Shown: positions 36,625 through 52,100, counted from the stretch's first letter. The stretch: DNA of 64,000 nt from Camelus dromedarius (GCF_036321535.1 NC_087436.1:97094001-97158000), one strand, 5' to 3'. Notes: a model not told the origin generated them from the letters alone. Program-made: numbers and translations.

Positions 36625-38063
36625 ATTTTTTTTTAATTAAAGTTGACTTACAATATTATATTAGTTTCAGGTGTACAATATAGTGATTCAGTATTTTATA
36701 GGTTATATTCCATTTAAAGTTATTACAGAATAAAGGCTATACTTGCCTGTGTGGTACACTGTATCCTTCCTGCTTATTTTATACATAAGAGTTTGTAGTT
36801 CTTAATCTCCTTCCCTGTCTTGCCCCTCTTTCCTTCCCTCTCTCCATTGGTAACTACTAGTTTGTTCTCTATATCCATGGGTCTGTTTCTGTTTTGTTAT
36901 ATTCATTTTTTAGAGTCCTAATATAAGTGATAACAGAGTATTTTTCTTTCTCTGCCTGACTTATTTCACTAAGCATGATACCCTCTGGCTTCATCCATGT
37001 TGCTGCAAATGGCAGAATTTCATTCTTTTTTATGGCTGAGCAATATTCCATGTGTATGTATATCACATTTTTTTGTCTGTTCATTTGTTAATGGACACTT
37101 AGGTTGCTTCCATATCTTGGCTATTGTGAATAATGCTGCTATGAACATTTGGGGGCTTGTATCTTTTTGAATTAGTGTTTTTATTTTTACTGGATATATG
37201 CCCAGGAGTGAAATTGCTGGATCATATGGTAGTTTTGTTTTTAGTTTTTTTGAGAAACCTCCATACTGTTCTCTACAATGACTGCACCAATTTACATTCC
37301 TGCCAACAGTGCACACAGGTTCCCTTTTCTCTACATCTTCACCAGCATTTGTTATCTGGGTTCTTTTTGATGATAGCCATTCTGACAGGTGTGAGGTGAT
37401 GTCTCATTGTGGTTTCAATTTGCATTTCTCTGATGATTAGCGATGTTGAGCATCTTTTCACGTGCCTGTTGGCCATCTGTATGCCTTCTTTGGTAAAATG
37501 CCTATTCAGGTCTTCTACTCATTTTTTGACTGAGTCATTGGCTTTTTGATATTGAATGTATGAGCTATTTATATATTTTGACTATTAATCCCTTATCGAT
37601 CATATCATTTGCAAATATTTTCTCCCATTCAATAGGTTTTTTTTTTTTGTGGATGGTTTTCTTTGCTGTGCAAAAGGTTAATTAAGTTTAATGTAGTCCT
37701 GTTTGTTTAATTTTGCTTTTGTTTCATTTGCTTTAGGAGACAGATCCAAAAAAAATACTGCTACAGTTTATGTCAAAGAGTGTTCTGCTTATGTTATTTT
37801 CAAGAATCTTATGGTTTCTGGTTTTACGTTTAGGTCTTACTTCTATTTTGAGCTTATTTTTGTAAATGGTGTGGGAAAATGTTCTCATTTCATTGATTTA
37901 CATGTGGCTGTCCAGTTTTCCCAGCACCTCTTATTAAAGAAGAAAATATCTTTTCTCCATTGTAAATTCTTATCTCCTTTGTCATAGATTGACCATAGTG
38001 CATGGGTTTACTTCTGGGCGCTCTATTCCGTTCCTTTGACCTATGTGTCTGTTTTTGTGCCAG
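36625..38063 (-). mobile_element. LINE-1 3' portion (ORF2 C-terminus, 3' UTR, polyA)
   Basis: ORF translations [33 protein letters not shown] and EYCSAIKKNEILPFAATWM match the L1 ORF2 C-terminus. Confidence 0.95.
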
Positions 38064-41000
38064 TCATTCAGCAAGCATTTACTGAGCATCTTTTATATGC
38101 CCGAGAGTGTCCTAACTCAAGGCCTAGAGCAGTGAACAGGAGACAGGATCCCTGCCCTCTTGTAAAAGTTCACAGATACCAGGTAGTACCATGCCATGAA
38201 GACAGAGGAAGCGAGGGTGGGGAGGAATGAGGCACAAGGCATGCTTATCTGCATAGCACCATGAGGGAAGGCCCCTCTGAAGAGGACACATTGGAGCAGA
38301 GACCTACTAAGTGATGGAGTGAGCTGTTAGCCACGGGTATATTGACGAAGGAGATGGAAGTGTGGGAGGTCAGGTCATGAGGTGGACAGGCCAGCTTGGT
38401 GCTGACTGAGTGATGGGGGTGGGGAAAGCCGGGGAAAATGCGGTTGAGAAGTTGCAAGGAGTGATGTGGTGTGACGTCTGTTATGAAATGAATCATTCTT
38501 GCTGCTCTATTGGAAATATACTGCTTGTGGGGGCAGCGGGCCAGGACAGAAGCAAGAATATCAGGCAAGAGGCTGTTACAGAGATCTGAAATAGATGAGA
38601 CGGTGGCCTGGACTTGGATGTGAGCAGGAGAGGTGGTGAGAAGCAGCTGGTGGTGCTTTCAAGGTAGAGCTCCATAAAATAATAAGACTATGGTTATTAA
38701 GTGATATTGAAAACCAGGCAGGTAGCAGGTGCTCCCGAATGCTTCTTCCCTTCTACTTTTACTTTCTCTTAGAAATGGGTCAGGATAGCACAGGCGGATG
38801 CGCATTCACGTCTGCCAGGCCGGCTGTTTGTTCCTTCTCTAAACATGCACTGCATATACGTCACATATGATGTTTCCAAACGAGTAAGTTGACTGGCAGT
38901 AATTGGGCAGCTTATGTGGGCTGGTCATCATCTTGGCAGATTTATTATTTTATTGTGGGATAATCGAAATAATTATAATGGCAGATATTTATTTAACATT
39001 TGTTGTGTGCAGTTGGTGCTCTAAATGTGTTACAACAGTCCTGTGAGGTAGGTACTGTTATCACTCCTGCTTTCCTGATGAGGAAACTGAGGCACAGAAA
39101 GGTTACATCCTGGGATTTGACCCATGTTGTTGGCTTCAAAATCTCAGCTTTTACGTTGCGCTGTCCCACTTCTGTAGGTGACTCTGGAATGAGTGGACTG
39201 TGATTAAATGCTGTAGGAATGCAGAGAAGAGAGTTTATTTCTTGTCCTGTAGGGAGCTTGTAAGGGAAACAGCATTTGAGTTAGGCGTCAAGACTAGGAA
39301 AGATTGCAGTTGTGGGAAGATAATGACTTAGTGATGAAAATAAATAATTATAATGATGGAAATGAACATATCCTAAGCCTTCACCACGGACTAAGCACCA
39401 TTTTAACACTTAGGATGGATTATCTCGGTGAATCTTCACCAGCACTGAGGTACCTGTGAGTGTTTCCGTTTTGTGGGTAGGGAAACAGACACATGGACGT
39501 GTGCTGGGGTTCGCCCTGCTGGAAAGTGGAGGACGTAGGGTCTGAGTCTGACTCCAGGCTCGTGGGCGCTGTGTTGGGAAGCACATCCCTCCTGAGGGCG
39601 GAGAGCGGTGGCCTTAGGCTGAGGTGGGATGGCATAAAGCATCTGTGGGGAGTGTGAGGAATTTACAACTGTAATTACTGAATTTTGTTGCATATCCCAG
39701 TCTTCTTTGGAGTACGTTACAAAAGCAGATTCCTGCATCTGCTCTCAGCAGCTGCTGCTGAACAGTCCGACCACTGACCGGTGCCCAGAGAGCCACTAAC
39801 CTAGAGCACGGCGTGTGCACCAGGTGCCCAAGTGGAGGTCAGAACGTGGAGGCTTCGATTTCATGTTGAGTTTGCACCTGGTAGACTTGTATAGAGTTGG
39901 GCATCCCAATCTCTTCGCGTCTGATGATGGACTTGGGGCCAGAAGCCTCTAAGGAAGTGGATCTGTGAACACTCATGGACAGTCAGATGGTTAAAAAGTC
40001 TGGAGATGGAGCCAACATGAAAGCGCAGAGAGCATTGTAGGGCCCGTGGGAGGGAGCCTTTCTGGGCCATGAGAAGGAATCTGGTTCATTAGCATGTTCA
40101 CTGACAGTGGAAAGAGGTGGCTTGGTCAGAACATTTGGTATATCCATCCTTGAGTCAGCCGCTCTGGAGGTTTATGTGTAACGGAAGGAAAGGGCTTCTG
40201 TGTTAAAACACAAAGGCTCACACAGGCACACACACACCAAAAAAAATGAACAGAATGGGCCTCTCAACCTCTTCTACCGTCCCTGCTGGCCGATCTCCTA
40301 TCTTGTCAACATGTCCCATGCCCTTTGCAGATTTCTAGAATCCTAGCTTTAGATGTATTTGGAGAAAGCAGTGATCCATTCTGCTTCAAGGGTTTGATAG
40401 GAAGCCTTCAGAGAAGTCATACCTGCCTATTCATAATTTTAAATAGCGAATAGGATTTTGCAAAATGTGTAGATTTGCCAGCAGATACAGCATATGCAAA
40501 ATATTTAACAGTTTGTTGTCTGGGGAAATAAATGCTAATTAACAAAAGGAGCTAAAGTCAATGTTGTGGCACAGGTTAAACCTGAGCCTGAAGTCAGTAC
40601 ATGGGAACACTGCGCTGCAGGAAATACGTATGAGGCGTGGAATCTGGTGCATTATTGCCATTTACATTAATAGTAGCTGCTCTAGTTTTTATTGGTGGAC
40701 TGGGACCAGACTGCGGGGGTTCACCATGAGGAGCTTGGACTGTCTTGTTCAGGATGTGGAGTGACAGGCCAAATTTGGATTTTCAGTTGTCCAGTAGTAC
40801 ATGGAGACTGGGTTAATGGATTTGTTCAGAGGTGGCTGCAGTAATTCAGGCAGGAGATGTAATGAGGGTCTGAGCTGTGGCAAAGGCAGGGAGGAAGGAG
40901 AAAAGCATTAGTTCAAGATTTTCTCATGGTTCTGGAGGCTGAGAAGTCCAAAATCAGAGTTCCAGCCAATCTGGCAATAATCATTTTCATTTTGTGATGT

Positions 41001-42723
41001 GCAAAAAAATTAGATAATGAGAGTTTTTTCTTTCTTTCTTTCGTTCTTTCTTTCTTTCTTTTTTTTTTTTTTTACAAAATAATTATGTAGAACAAGAATA
41101 GTATATCTGAGAATTAGTTGTATGTGGTGTTGAGGTTTAACTTTCTCCTTTTTTTTCCCCTGACATTTTGTGATTTTGAATGACGGAGGGATACCTTACT
41201 GACAAAAGCATTTCCTGTCTTTCATCTCTTGCTCGTACTTTGCTTCTGCAGTGCTGCCTTGAATACGATCTTTTCCCCTTTTTCACACACTTGCTTGTCA
41301 GTGTTGGCAGATGTTTTTGAATAGTGCAGGCAAGAGCTTCAGGGCGGGTGGCGTGTAACACAGGGAGACCCTGAGTTGTATCTTTCCAAGATCTACTCTG
41401 AGATGTGATTTCCAGAAATGTTGCATCAGTGCTTGTTCAGATAAATATACCTTGTTTGGGTATGTCTCATTTTATTACTTCAGTGCATGGTCCTTATGCA
41501 CGTTCTCTACTTTTTTCTTTTTCTTGACGCATAACATACAGATTTTTGCACACGTTGTTCATTTTCACAGACTGAACACAGCCATGTAAACAGCACCGTG
41601 GTACATCAACTTTTAAAATACTTGAATGATGTTGTTTGTGAGAAAAATAAACCTATGTGAATCTGCTGTGTGTAAAGACAATGTGACCTTTAAACTTTTT
41701 CCTTTTACTTTCATATTCACTTACTTCCTGTTACCTAATGTATAGTTAGTTAACTAGTCTTTTCTTATGTAATGATACTGCGCATGTAATGCTGCTGCAT
41801 TTTTGAAATGAAAGTTATTGACCTAAGAAATATGTTCTAACTGCTTTTTGAGAGAGTCTCTGAAGAAAGTGGTGTAAAGAGGTGAGTTATTCATATCTAG
41901 CTCTAGGTACTGTTAAGAAGAATTATCTAAAATTTGCAAGTCAGAAAGAATGTACAGTGTGTTCTTTCAGTGCCTTGTCGGGGCTGTGGTTTAAGGCTCA
42001 CCAATGGGGTATTTAACTCTAAGTCTTGCGCTCCGCTTTCTGTTTACCATTTGGTTAGAGCCCAGAATGGGGAAGTGCCCTGTTAGCTTATAAATTTTTG
42101 TCCAGTAGAAAGATATCCCCAAAGGTTATGGTTTTATTGCCCTGTAGGACCCTAACCAGTTTTTTTTGTTGTTGTTGTTTTAAATCTAACCTATCTGTCT
42201 TATTCTCACACACACACACACACACACACACAAAAACCTTTTATAATGGACTGTATAAGCCTGTTGCACAGATGCTCTTGAAAGTAGCCTTACCACATTA
42301 CTGGTTCCTTCATTAATCATGAATACATTTTTTTGACACGTGCTCATTTTACATTTGAGAATTATTTTTCACCTTTTTGAAAATCACAGCCTTTCTGTCC
42401 CGCTCCTTCCCCTGCTAGCCAGGCACTGACTGTGCAAAGTAACGCACAAAGATTCCAAACGCTCAGTGAGCGCAAGGAATCATCCTCATTTCTATTGTGT
42501 TTCTTCAGAGAACATTTATCATATAAAACCAGTTTTAATAACCAAAAGTCCTAAGACATTGCTTTTCTTTTTTTTCCAGGCTCAAGCACATAAAGCATTC
42601 ACTGAGGAGAAAAGAACATTTTGAGATAAGCGATAGAGGAAAAGCCAGTACAGACGTGCATCCTCCTATGTGTGTTTCATTGCACTGCCTCTTTTAACTC
42701 TGCTTAGTAATGAAGCCACCATT

Positions 42724-43619
42724 ATGTCCTCAGTCAGTGAAGTAAATGTCGATATCAAAGATTTCCTCATGAGCATCAATTTGGAGCAATACCTCTTGCG
42801 TTTCCGCGAATTTGGCTTCAACAACGTGAAGGACTGTGCGGCGATAAATGACAGCGTGCTGCTCAAAGTTGGCATATCACCCACGGGACACCGGAGGCGG
42901 ATACTTAAACAGTTACAGATAGTCTTGTCAAAAATGCAAGATATCCCAGTATATGCAAATGTCCATAAAACAAAGAAGAATGATGAGATTCCAAAGGACC
43001 ACCCTGCTCCATCTTCTGATCAGAACACCTGCATAGAGCTTTCAGATTCCCCTAGTGTTCAGACATCTAGCCCAGTGCAGTTGGAGACTGTTACAAACAC
43101 TCTTGATCCAGATGAGGCTAGTGTGGGAAATAGCCAGCCTCTTAAATCAGAGGATAAGCTGACTCTTCCTAAACACAACTTCCCCATTCCAGAAGAAGAA
43201 CCACACCTGAATTCAGATTCTTTATTTGGTAGCAAAATTACTAAAATAGAATCTTTGATTGCAAAAGGGACTCTAGACTGTACAACTGAAGAAGAACAAA
43301 CAGAAAAAGTTGATTTGAGCTCAGAGAATGTGAGCAGGCTTCCTAATGCGGACCCTGAACTCATTTCTGCCCCTGGCTGCTCAGTATCAGAAGCAAATGC
43401 TGGAAATGGGACGAATGGTGTATTAGACAGACCACCACCATCCCCATTCTTTCAGTTTCAAGGAGAAATGGTTGTCAATGAGTTGTATGTTCCATCCTCA
43501 CCAGCCCTGACACCTATGAGAAGTCGTAGCAAGCTGGTTTCAAGACCATCTCGATCGTTTATGCTAAGACATCGGCCTGTACCAGAGATTCCAGGATCAA
43601 CAAAAGGAATGTCAGGGAG
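42724..43619 (+). CDS. ARAP2: ARAP2 first coding exon (SAM domain); exon begins at 42580
   Basis: MSSVSEVNVDIKDFLMSINLEQYLL...GISPTGHRRRILKQL is the ARAP2 N-terminal SAM domain. Acceptor ttttccag at 42579; donor gtaagg at 43620; ends in phase 2. Confidence 0.97.
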
Positions 43620-45717
43620 GTAAGGATTTTTACCGTGGGCCATATATATTTAATTGGGGGAATTTAGTTATTTTTAACAATTTTATTTTCACTGTTCTCT
43701 TCTAAATTTGACATATTCATGTGCCTATTCAACCAACCTTGTCTTTCTTCTAAAGCTTTTTTTTGTCATGCTGTCTCTCTGTACACCACTTCCCGGCATC
43801 TGTTTCCAACTTATAACTGCCTGGGACTCTCCTGTTTAACTGAGGGAGTTCCTTTTCCCTCATTCTACCTGGATATTCCTTCCCCAGACCTTCCTCCATG
43901 CCTGGTATTCTGTACTTCCATGAGTGCACTTCTTATATTTGAATTGTGGACTCTGAATCCCCACTAGGTTTTTTGTCTTTTGGCAGGAGCCACATTCCTA
44001 GTGATTACATCTACTGCCCGACACAATGCCTGGCATGAATTAATAATTCAGCACGCAGCTAGTGAGCACCTGCTCGGTACTGGCCACTGTGCTCGGCACC
44101 AAGGCGGTAGAGAGGTGTCAAGGGACTTGGAGTGTAGTGTAGAGGACGTGTGAAAAGCTACCGCTGAACAGTGTGAAGCCAGATCCACGGGAGACTGGGA
44201 CTCTAAAGAGGGGCCCTACCAGCGGGTAGCGTCACTGGTACCCAAAGGTAACTGTGGAGTCTGAGAGGAGCTGCCTTACAGCACAGAGAGCTTTCAGCCA
44301 TTTCTCAAGGTTACACCTAACATGTGGTTTTCTCCAGGGTTGTGGGGATTCTTTTTTCCCCACTGAAAGCTGACACTTGTCTGTCTGCTGGAAGTCATGA
44401 AGTGGTTTAAGTTTGACCGTTACTGCTGTGGCACTAAATTCAAGTACAGATTCCTGCCCGGGCTCTAGACTGGCATTTCTGCAAGTTTCCCCCTCACCCT
44501 TGTATCCTGCTGCTGGCTCTCTTGCCCATGAACCCTGTTGGTAATGGCAGTACAAGATCTTGGTTGTATTTACAAGAGACAATGTGGAAGTTTAGTATTT
44601 GCAAGGCAAAATGTGGCAATTTACAAGACCATGTTAAGTACCTCCCATTAGAGCATAAACTCTTTGAGGACAGAAACCCTAATTAATTTGTCTTAATCTT
44701 GGCATCATAAATATTGAGTATTTATTGGGAACTCAGTAGTGGTGTTGTTACTTATTAAAACACCCAGAAGCTGCCTTGATTTATAATTTTTCTTGGGTTA
44801 TCTAATTCTCACACTGGTCCTCCGAAGTAGGTATTTTTCATCCATTTTCTTATGAGGTAACTGAGCTTTAGGTTAATTTTTCTAGGGTCACATGTGTTGT
44901 AAACTGGGGTTTCATTTCAGTATATCTGACTCCAAAAGCCACGTTCTTAACCACTCATTTAGTAAATATTCTTTAAAATGTAAATTACATATATAAGATC
45001 TGGAATATTTCTTAGGAATGTAGAAGATGACCAGTTTTTGTACGACACTGTAGCTTTAGCATATTTTACCAATTTTAAACAATTAGAGTACATGAGAAGG
45101 ATCTGCCGTGAGTACACACATTAAAACTGTGTCTTTGCCAGAGCAGAGTCCTTTTGGGAGCCATAAAGATAACTTCAGATCAGAAATCCTTGGCTCATGT
45201 TTTAAACAAGATGTGCTTTTTTTTTTTTGGTAAATTTTTGAGCGTCTTTTGGTGTTCATTTAGTTGTAAGAGTAAGCTTTGTGTCATATGGAAGGCTTGT
45301 TATTCACGTTGTGACTCTGAGTCCTTGAAAATTAGAATTGAAATAATGTGAAAATTAGTAGTAAATTACGTAGCACTCACCAGTATCATAGCACTGCCAG
45401 GGAACCCAGTGTCACCTCTCTTTTCTTCTTTGATTATGGCAGTAAATGGTAACTATGTATTTATGGTGCTCAAATTATAAAATGAGAGCATAAATAATTA
45501 TTTTCAGACTTCACTGTCTGTTTTTCTTTATGATCCTGGCCTGAATTGCAAATAGTAATTGCCAGATTTTACAGTTATAATGTAACTTTAAGAATAAAAC
45601 TGGGGATTATATAATCTGAGAGTCCCTCTAGTCAAATATCTAAATGATACTTTAGTGCATTTCTTCTTGTATCGAATAAAGCTTTCTTTGAGGCCGGTGC
45701 TTTTAACATAATTTCTT

Positions 45718-45818
45718 TCTTTTTTTTAAACATTTTTTATTGAGTTATAGTCAATTTACAATGTTGTGTCAAATTCCAGTGTAGAGCACAATTTTTCAAT
45801 TATACGTGAACATACATA
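45718..45818 (-). mobile_element. Short young L1 3' end with TSD
   Basis: Same family text as 4912-5087 but antisense; flanked by ttaacataatttctt / ttaacgtaatttctt. Confidence 0.75.
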
Positions 45819-48800
45819 TTAACGTAATTTCTTGTTAAACACTTCATATAGCTGTTGAAAGGAACAAGATGCTAGATGCATATTTCTGATGTGAGGAGCT
45901 TTGTTTCTGTCTCCCTGGACCTGTACCCCACCCCCCACCCCCTGGCAGTTTATCTGATGCAGCTGACTCTCCAGTTTAGTGGGTTATCTTTGTCCTTGCC
46001 TTGGGCTTCATCCCTGAATTCCTGCCTACTCCTTTTCTTGGGGAGGCTGGGCTGGGTGGGGCTACACTGGACCTTGGACTTCAGGATCTCTTTTTAACTC
46101 CTGTCTCTTGAGGGCTGGGTCCGAACTAGGCTTGACGAGCCTGCTCCTTCCTTACCTCCTCAGCTGGAGGTCTCCCGTAGAGGTCTCCAAGCAGAAAGCC
46201 AGCTCCCCCACAGCTGCCCTTCCCTGGGAGTCATAGATGGGTCTTGTGATCCTTCCAAGAGCATCCTTAGTGCTCGAGGCAGGAAGGAACAGGTCTCACT
46301 CAGCTACTGAAGAGGTACTTATTCTCCTCCCCAGTTTCATGATTTTCATGCATCTTTCATGTAACTGTTTTATCCTTGGCACAAGTCACAAAGCCCTGTC
46401 TTTTAGGTGTCATGCCTTTGAATGTTTCAGGAGAAGGAAAAATAAGGAAGCAGAGGTAAAGGAGAGGAGGGTGGTCGGCAAGGCAGCACTTGATTGGAGT
46501 CCACCTCTTATAACTTATTATAAAACCCATGTGCTGTATTGACTGAGGGCTGTTCCCCAGTTTGAAATTGAAACCTGATGTCTCAGGCCTTTTGTGAACT
46601 TTTTATTTAAAGTAAGAATCTTAGATATTTTTCTCTAGATGTACATAGACATGATATAGACATTAAAAAAGGACTAATGCTATTTTAGACTTTAATGTTG
46701 AAATATATGTAAGCAGAAAATTACAGAAAATCATAACCGGTTGTTTGCTACATTGAATAAGAAAAATACAGAAATTCATCCCATCGTTTTCATGTTTAAG
46801 AAAAACTGCATTTCATGTTACAGCGGAAAAATGCTTAGCATTCTAAAGTTCAGATTTTTTTCCCTTTAAAATGGCTTTCTATAAGTTCTATGAAAAAATG
46901 GGTTCATCATTTCAATATTTGCAAAATTTTGACTTGAACATCTAAATGCTGAATCAAAATTAATAATCATTTGATGTATTGTTAGAGGATAAAAGTATCT
47001 ATCTGCTTGATACTTTTCACAAGTAAAAAGGAATTACATTTGTACTCATTTTTCATAATTAAAGAAGCTCCACTTTGAAAAAAATTTATTTTTAACGGCA
47101 ACTCCTGCTAGTTGATGAAAAATTGTTTCATGATAATGAGGTAGACTTTTGTGTTGTAATCCATCTGTAATTATTTATTCTTATCCCAAGGACATTTTTT
47201 GAAACATTGAAGATTGAGGTTTAATTATCTGTGCATTGTAAATCTCACATTCTTGGTCCGTGCTGTAGTTAATGCCCTCTCATGTTTTCTGACTTTGTAT
47301 TTGTGTGTTCTAGTTAGACGTTATGTAACCTCAAGGCAGTTTTCTACTGCTGCCTAATGACTGTGGTGTTTTTCTTTTGAATTCAATTCTGTAATGACCT
47401 GTAGTTAGTCTGTTATGAATTTTAAGAACTGCATTTTTAAACAAGCATTCTGTGTAATGATGTGGTCCATTTATGGAGTGTTATTAATGATTTTTTGGGC
47501 ATGGCTGCCTTGCCTGAGTAATGGGTGTGCATCGATCCTAAAGAGAAATCTTTAACGTTAATTAACCTTTATGCCACTGCTTTTCTTAGCAATTTTAATA
47601 GTTAAAAAAAATGTGAAAAAATAACATCTTGTAGGTATGTTGAAGATTCACTGTAATCAGAGTTATTTTTTGCAACTTGGTGTTTCATTTAATATTTTTG
47701 AGATTTGTTCACATCCATTCATGTATGTATTTTCTTTTTCATTATGAATGAAGAGTGTTGATACTTTTAAGGACTTGGAGACCATTGTGTCTACTCACTT
47801 TACGAGGAGAACCAATCATTCTTTTCTCTAATAAAAAACAAAAACAGTTGGCTGGTTGTAGCTGACTCTTGACATGGTGTAGGGCACACCTTATTCTCTC
47901 TAAAAGCATCATCTCGTTAATCCTCATAATGTTCCCAGGCTGCAGGCCCTATTTTTATTCCCCTTCAATAAATGAGGAAACTAGACTCAGGACAGTTGGG
48001 TAACTTGACCAAGATCACCAAAGCATAATAACAAAAGAAGATGATAACTACTGCTTTTCTTTAAGAGATTTTAATTTTTGCACGTCAACCATGCTTTATA
48101 GTTGAAAATTAAAAGCAATCTGCAACCTTTAGGATAATTGGTGTGAAAATAAAAGGGCAGAAAAAGGCAGAGAGGAAAGAACTTGGGCTTTTGCACTCAG
48201 GACAGAACTGACCATGAATGCTGGCTTTGCCTCCTATTAGCTGTGGGACGTGGGCTGCCACAGCCTCCTTTTCCTTACTGATAGGATTAGGACACCTGGT
48301 GCTACCTCCAAGGGCGCTTAGGAGGATGAAATATGAGATGTAGATATATAAACTTATGCTTTGGGCATAATAGGTATTAGAATAGAAAATAGCTGGTGAT
48401 AATTTATTCATAGATAAATGAGAATATAAATTGCTAATCACCAGTTTTCCAAACAACTTGTTTCTTGTATGGAGCTAATCTTTCATCGACAGTAGATCAA
48501 ATGAACTTGGCTGATACATTTGGTAATTGCTTGCAGGTGAATATTGAATGCCACAATCAGTAAAAATCATTGCAAACTTTTTTCTTTACATTTGTAAGAC
48601 TAAGAGTAAAAACCAACAAAATATGCTTTAAAATACTGCTAATGGGTGTACTTAAGAGTTCAAAATCTTTATTTTTAAAATTTGCCTGTTTTAATCTTTT
48701 CCTTCAGTAAGGTTGAATATTGTATTAAGTGTTGTGGTTTAGAACAGGGGCTATGGAGCTAGACTGCCTGGGTTTGAGTCTCAGGCTAGTTACTGACAAG

Positions 48801-49179
48801 CTGTGTGCCTGTGGGAACATGAACTAACTGCTTTGTGTGCCAATTTTCTTCTTAAAAAATGCAGATAATAATAGATTTTACTTCTTAGGGTGTTTGTGAC
48901 TATACACACGCACACGCATTTATATTATGACTGTGTGTAGATTTATAAAATTTTGTCTGACATATAGTAAATGCTGAATAAGAATTCACAATATTTATTA
49001 TTAGCACAAGTTACTGAAAAGGTAGAAAATTTGAGTGCTGCTCTACTTGGGGTTGAAATTATTACTATGTACTTGTGTCAGTGACATGCAGACTTGAGGA
49101 AACAATTATAGCTATATAACAATGCCCAGAACCTGAAAATAATGAACAAGTAAAGGGTGAGTTATTTTGCAACCCCTTG

Positions 49180-52100
49180 GTAAACTTGTACTCCCTCCCC
49201 TGCCAAAGATGACTTCTATCCCGACTTTAAATAATGATTATTACATTCTTGCCTTTAAAAAATGTTTTACCTCTTAAGTATGTCCCAAACAATGTACTCT
49301 CTTGTGGACTTAAAAGTGCAATCATATAGTAAATATTCTTTTACTTAAGCTCATTTTGCTAAACTTTGAGACTCATCTATGTTGGTGTCTGTTTGTTTTC
49401 ACTGCTGTATAATATTTCATTGTATGGATATACCACCATATCCATTCTCCTATTGTTATATTTCATATTCTCAACATCATCTGGTATTTTTACATATAAA
49501 TGATATATGTGTAAATACATATGTAAATCAGCTTTATTTATGACTAGTTTACATATAATAAAATAGACTAAAGTTAAGTATTAAGATTTGAGTTTTGCCA
49601 AATATATGCACCCATGTGACCACTACCACAATCAAGTTACAGAACATTTCTATTCCCCCTCCAAAATCACCTTTGCACATTTGCAGTAAATTGTCCTGTC
49701 ACCTGCATTGGGCAACCAGTGATCCTACTGTAAATTAGTTTTCTCTGTTCTAGAATTTCATATAAATGGAATCATACAGCAAGTGATGTTCCATGTCTGA
49801 CATCTTTTATTCAGCATGATGTTTCTGAGGTGCATTCATGTGGCTGCATGTCCGTTTGTGGTTTTGGTTATTGAAGAGTGTTCTTTAGCGTGCTTCTCCC
49901 ACAACGTCTTTAATGTCTTGCATGTGGACATACATTTGCGTGGTTTTGCTTGCAGCATAGCTTTGTCCATGTCTGTTGAATATACTCCTAGGAGTACAAT
50001 TGCTGTCATAGGAGATTCTTGTCTTCCACATTCATAGGTAGTGCAGAATGGTTCTTACCATCCTGCTCAGTTGTGTCAACACCAGCAGTGCATGTGCGTT
50101 CCTTCTGTTTCACACACAGCAGCATTTGGTTATTTAAAAAAATTTTAGCCATATCAGTGGGTGGATAGTTCATTGTGATTTTAATTTGTATTTTCTGATA
50201 ACTAGCAAAATTGAGCATATTTTGATGCATTTATTGGTCATTGACCATGTTTCTATCTTGTTTTCTTTTATGTGGTGCCTTTTAAAGTCATTTACCCATT
50301 TTTTTTTTTTAGGGGGGAGTAGGTAGGTTGTTGTTTTGAATTGCATTTTCTGTTTTTTATAGTGATTTTTAAGAGTTACTGATGCACCATGGGTATAAGC
50401 CCTTTGTGGAATAAATAGATCTTTTCTCTTTCTGCATTAGTGCTTTTTATTCCTTGATGGTGACTTTTAATGAATAAAAGTTCTTAACTTTAATTTAGTC
50501 AAAATTACCATTATTTTCCTCTAGAGTTAGAACTTTTTGTGTCTTAAGACATATAAAGATAGTCTGTTTTACCTTCTAGCTTTATTATCTGGCCTGTCAG
50601 ATTGGGATTTATAATCCACCTTGAACTGATTTCTATGTATAGTTTGAGATAGGAGTGAAGTTTTTTAATACCAGTTGGGTATCTAAGTGATCTTATTAAG
50701 AACATGCTTTGCTCATTGCTCAAGACTGACATCTTTGTCTTAAGTTAAATAGAAATTGAGTTCCTTTATGTATGCTTCATTCTACTTCACTGATCTCTTA
50801 TTTGTCCTTTTATCAGTAATGTAGTGTCTTTGTTACCATAGCTTTAAAAATAAATCCTCATACCTGGTGGAGCAAGTCTTCTCACTTTGTTCTTCAAAAG
50901 TGTCTTAGTTATTGTTCATCTTTCGCTTTTGTATACGAATTTTAAAATCAGCTTGTTAAATTCCACCTACACACCCACCCCTGTAACTCTGTTGATTGGG
51001 ATTGCATTGATTCTACAGGTTCATACAAGTGGTATTGACATCTTTGCAGTATTTAGTCTTTCATATGTTCCTCCGTTTAATTAGATTTTCTTTAATTTTC
51101 TTGGTAATAATTTCTAGTTCTTACAAATCTTTGTTAGATTTAATCCTGGGTTTTGATATTTTTTGCTACTCTTGTATGTGGTATCACTTTTAATATTTCA
51201 TTTTGTTAACTGATATTTGGGGATATAGTTTATATTTTATGTATTGACCTTATAAACAGTAACTGTGCTAAATTCATTTTTAAGTATTTTGAAGTATAAT
51301 ATTTGCATAATAAATGGTACCAATTCAAAACATATAATTTGATGACTTTTAAAAGACATGTAAACCTATAAAATTATCACCACAGTCAAGAAACAGCAGC
51401 TCTATCACCCTTAAGAATTTCTCAGTGTCTTTTTAGAGTCCATCCCTCTTTCAGACCCCTTATAGAATCGTGTAGGATGTACTTCTGTGTGCCTGGCTTT
51501 TTTTGCTCAGCATGATGATTTTGAGATTTATTCATATTACCGTGTTTCGTATTAGTTTGTTTCTTTTTAGTAGTTTATTATTTCCCTTACTCCAAGCTTG
51601 ATAGTAATCCTTTGGGTCCCTATACCACCTTCTGTTTGTCATTCACCTGTTGATGTACATTTTGTTTGTTTTAAGTTATTGATTATTGAGGATAAAGTGC
51701 TATGAAGAAAACTACAAAAAATTTTTCCACGGGCCTACATATGTTTTCAATTCTTCTGAGTTTCTTGAGTTGGATAGCTGGAAGCTTAAGTTAACTTTAC
51801 CAGAAAATGTCAAGCAGTATTCCAAAGTGGATGTATCCTTTTACCTTCCTGCTGGCAATATTTAAACATTCTAGTTACTCAGCATACTCTCTAACACTTG
51901 GTATTTATAACCTTAAATTTAGCCATTCTAATGACTATGTGGTTAGTATCACATTCGTGTATCCTCTTGTAAAGTGTCTGTTTAAACTTTTGTCCATTTT
52001 TAAATTGAGTTATTCCTGTTACTAGATTGTAAGGGTTTTTGTTTGTTTGTTTGTTTGTTTTGTTGTTTTTAATTCTGGAAACAGGTCATTTGTCAGAAAT

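Noticed and set aside
36869..37987. Several 70-100 aa ORFs
   Set aside because: These are L1 ORF2 fragments and their antisense frames, not host genes.
42670..42723. N-terminal extension of ARAP2 in the ORF track
   Set aside because: It starts at a GTG; the recognised protein starts MSSVSEV at ATG 42724.
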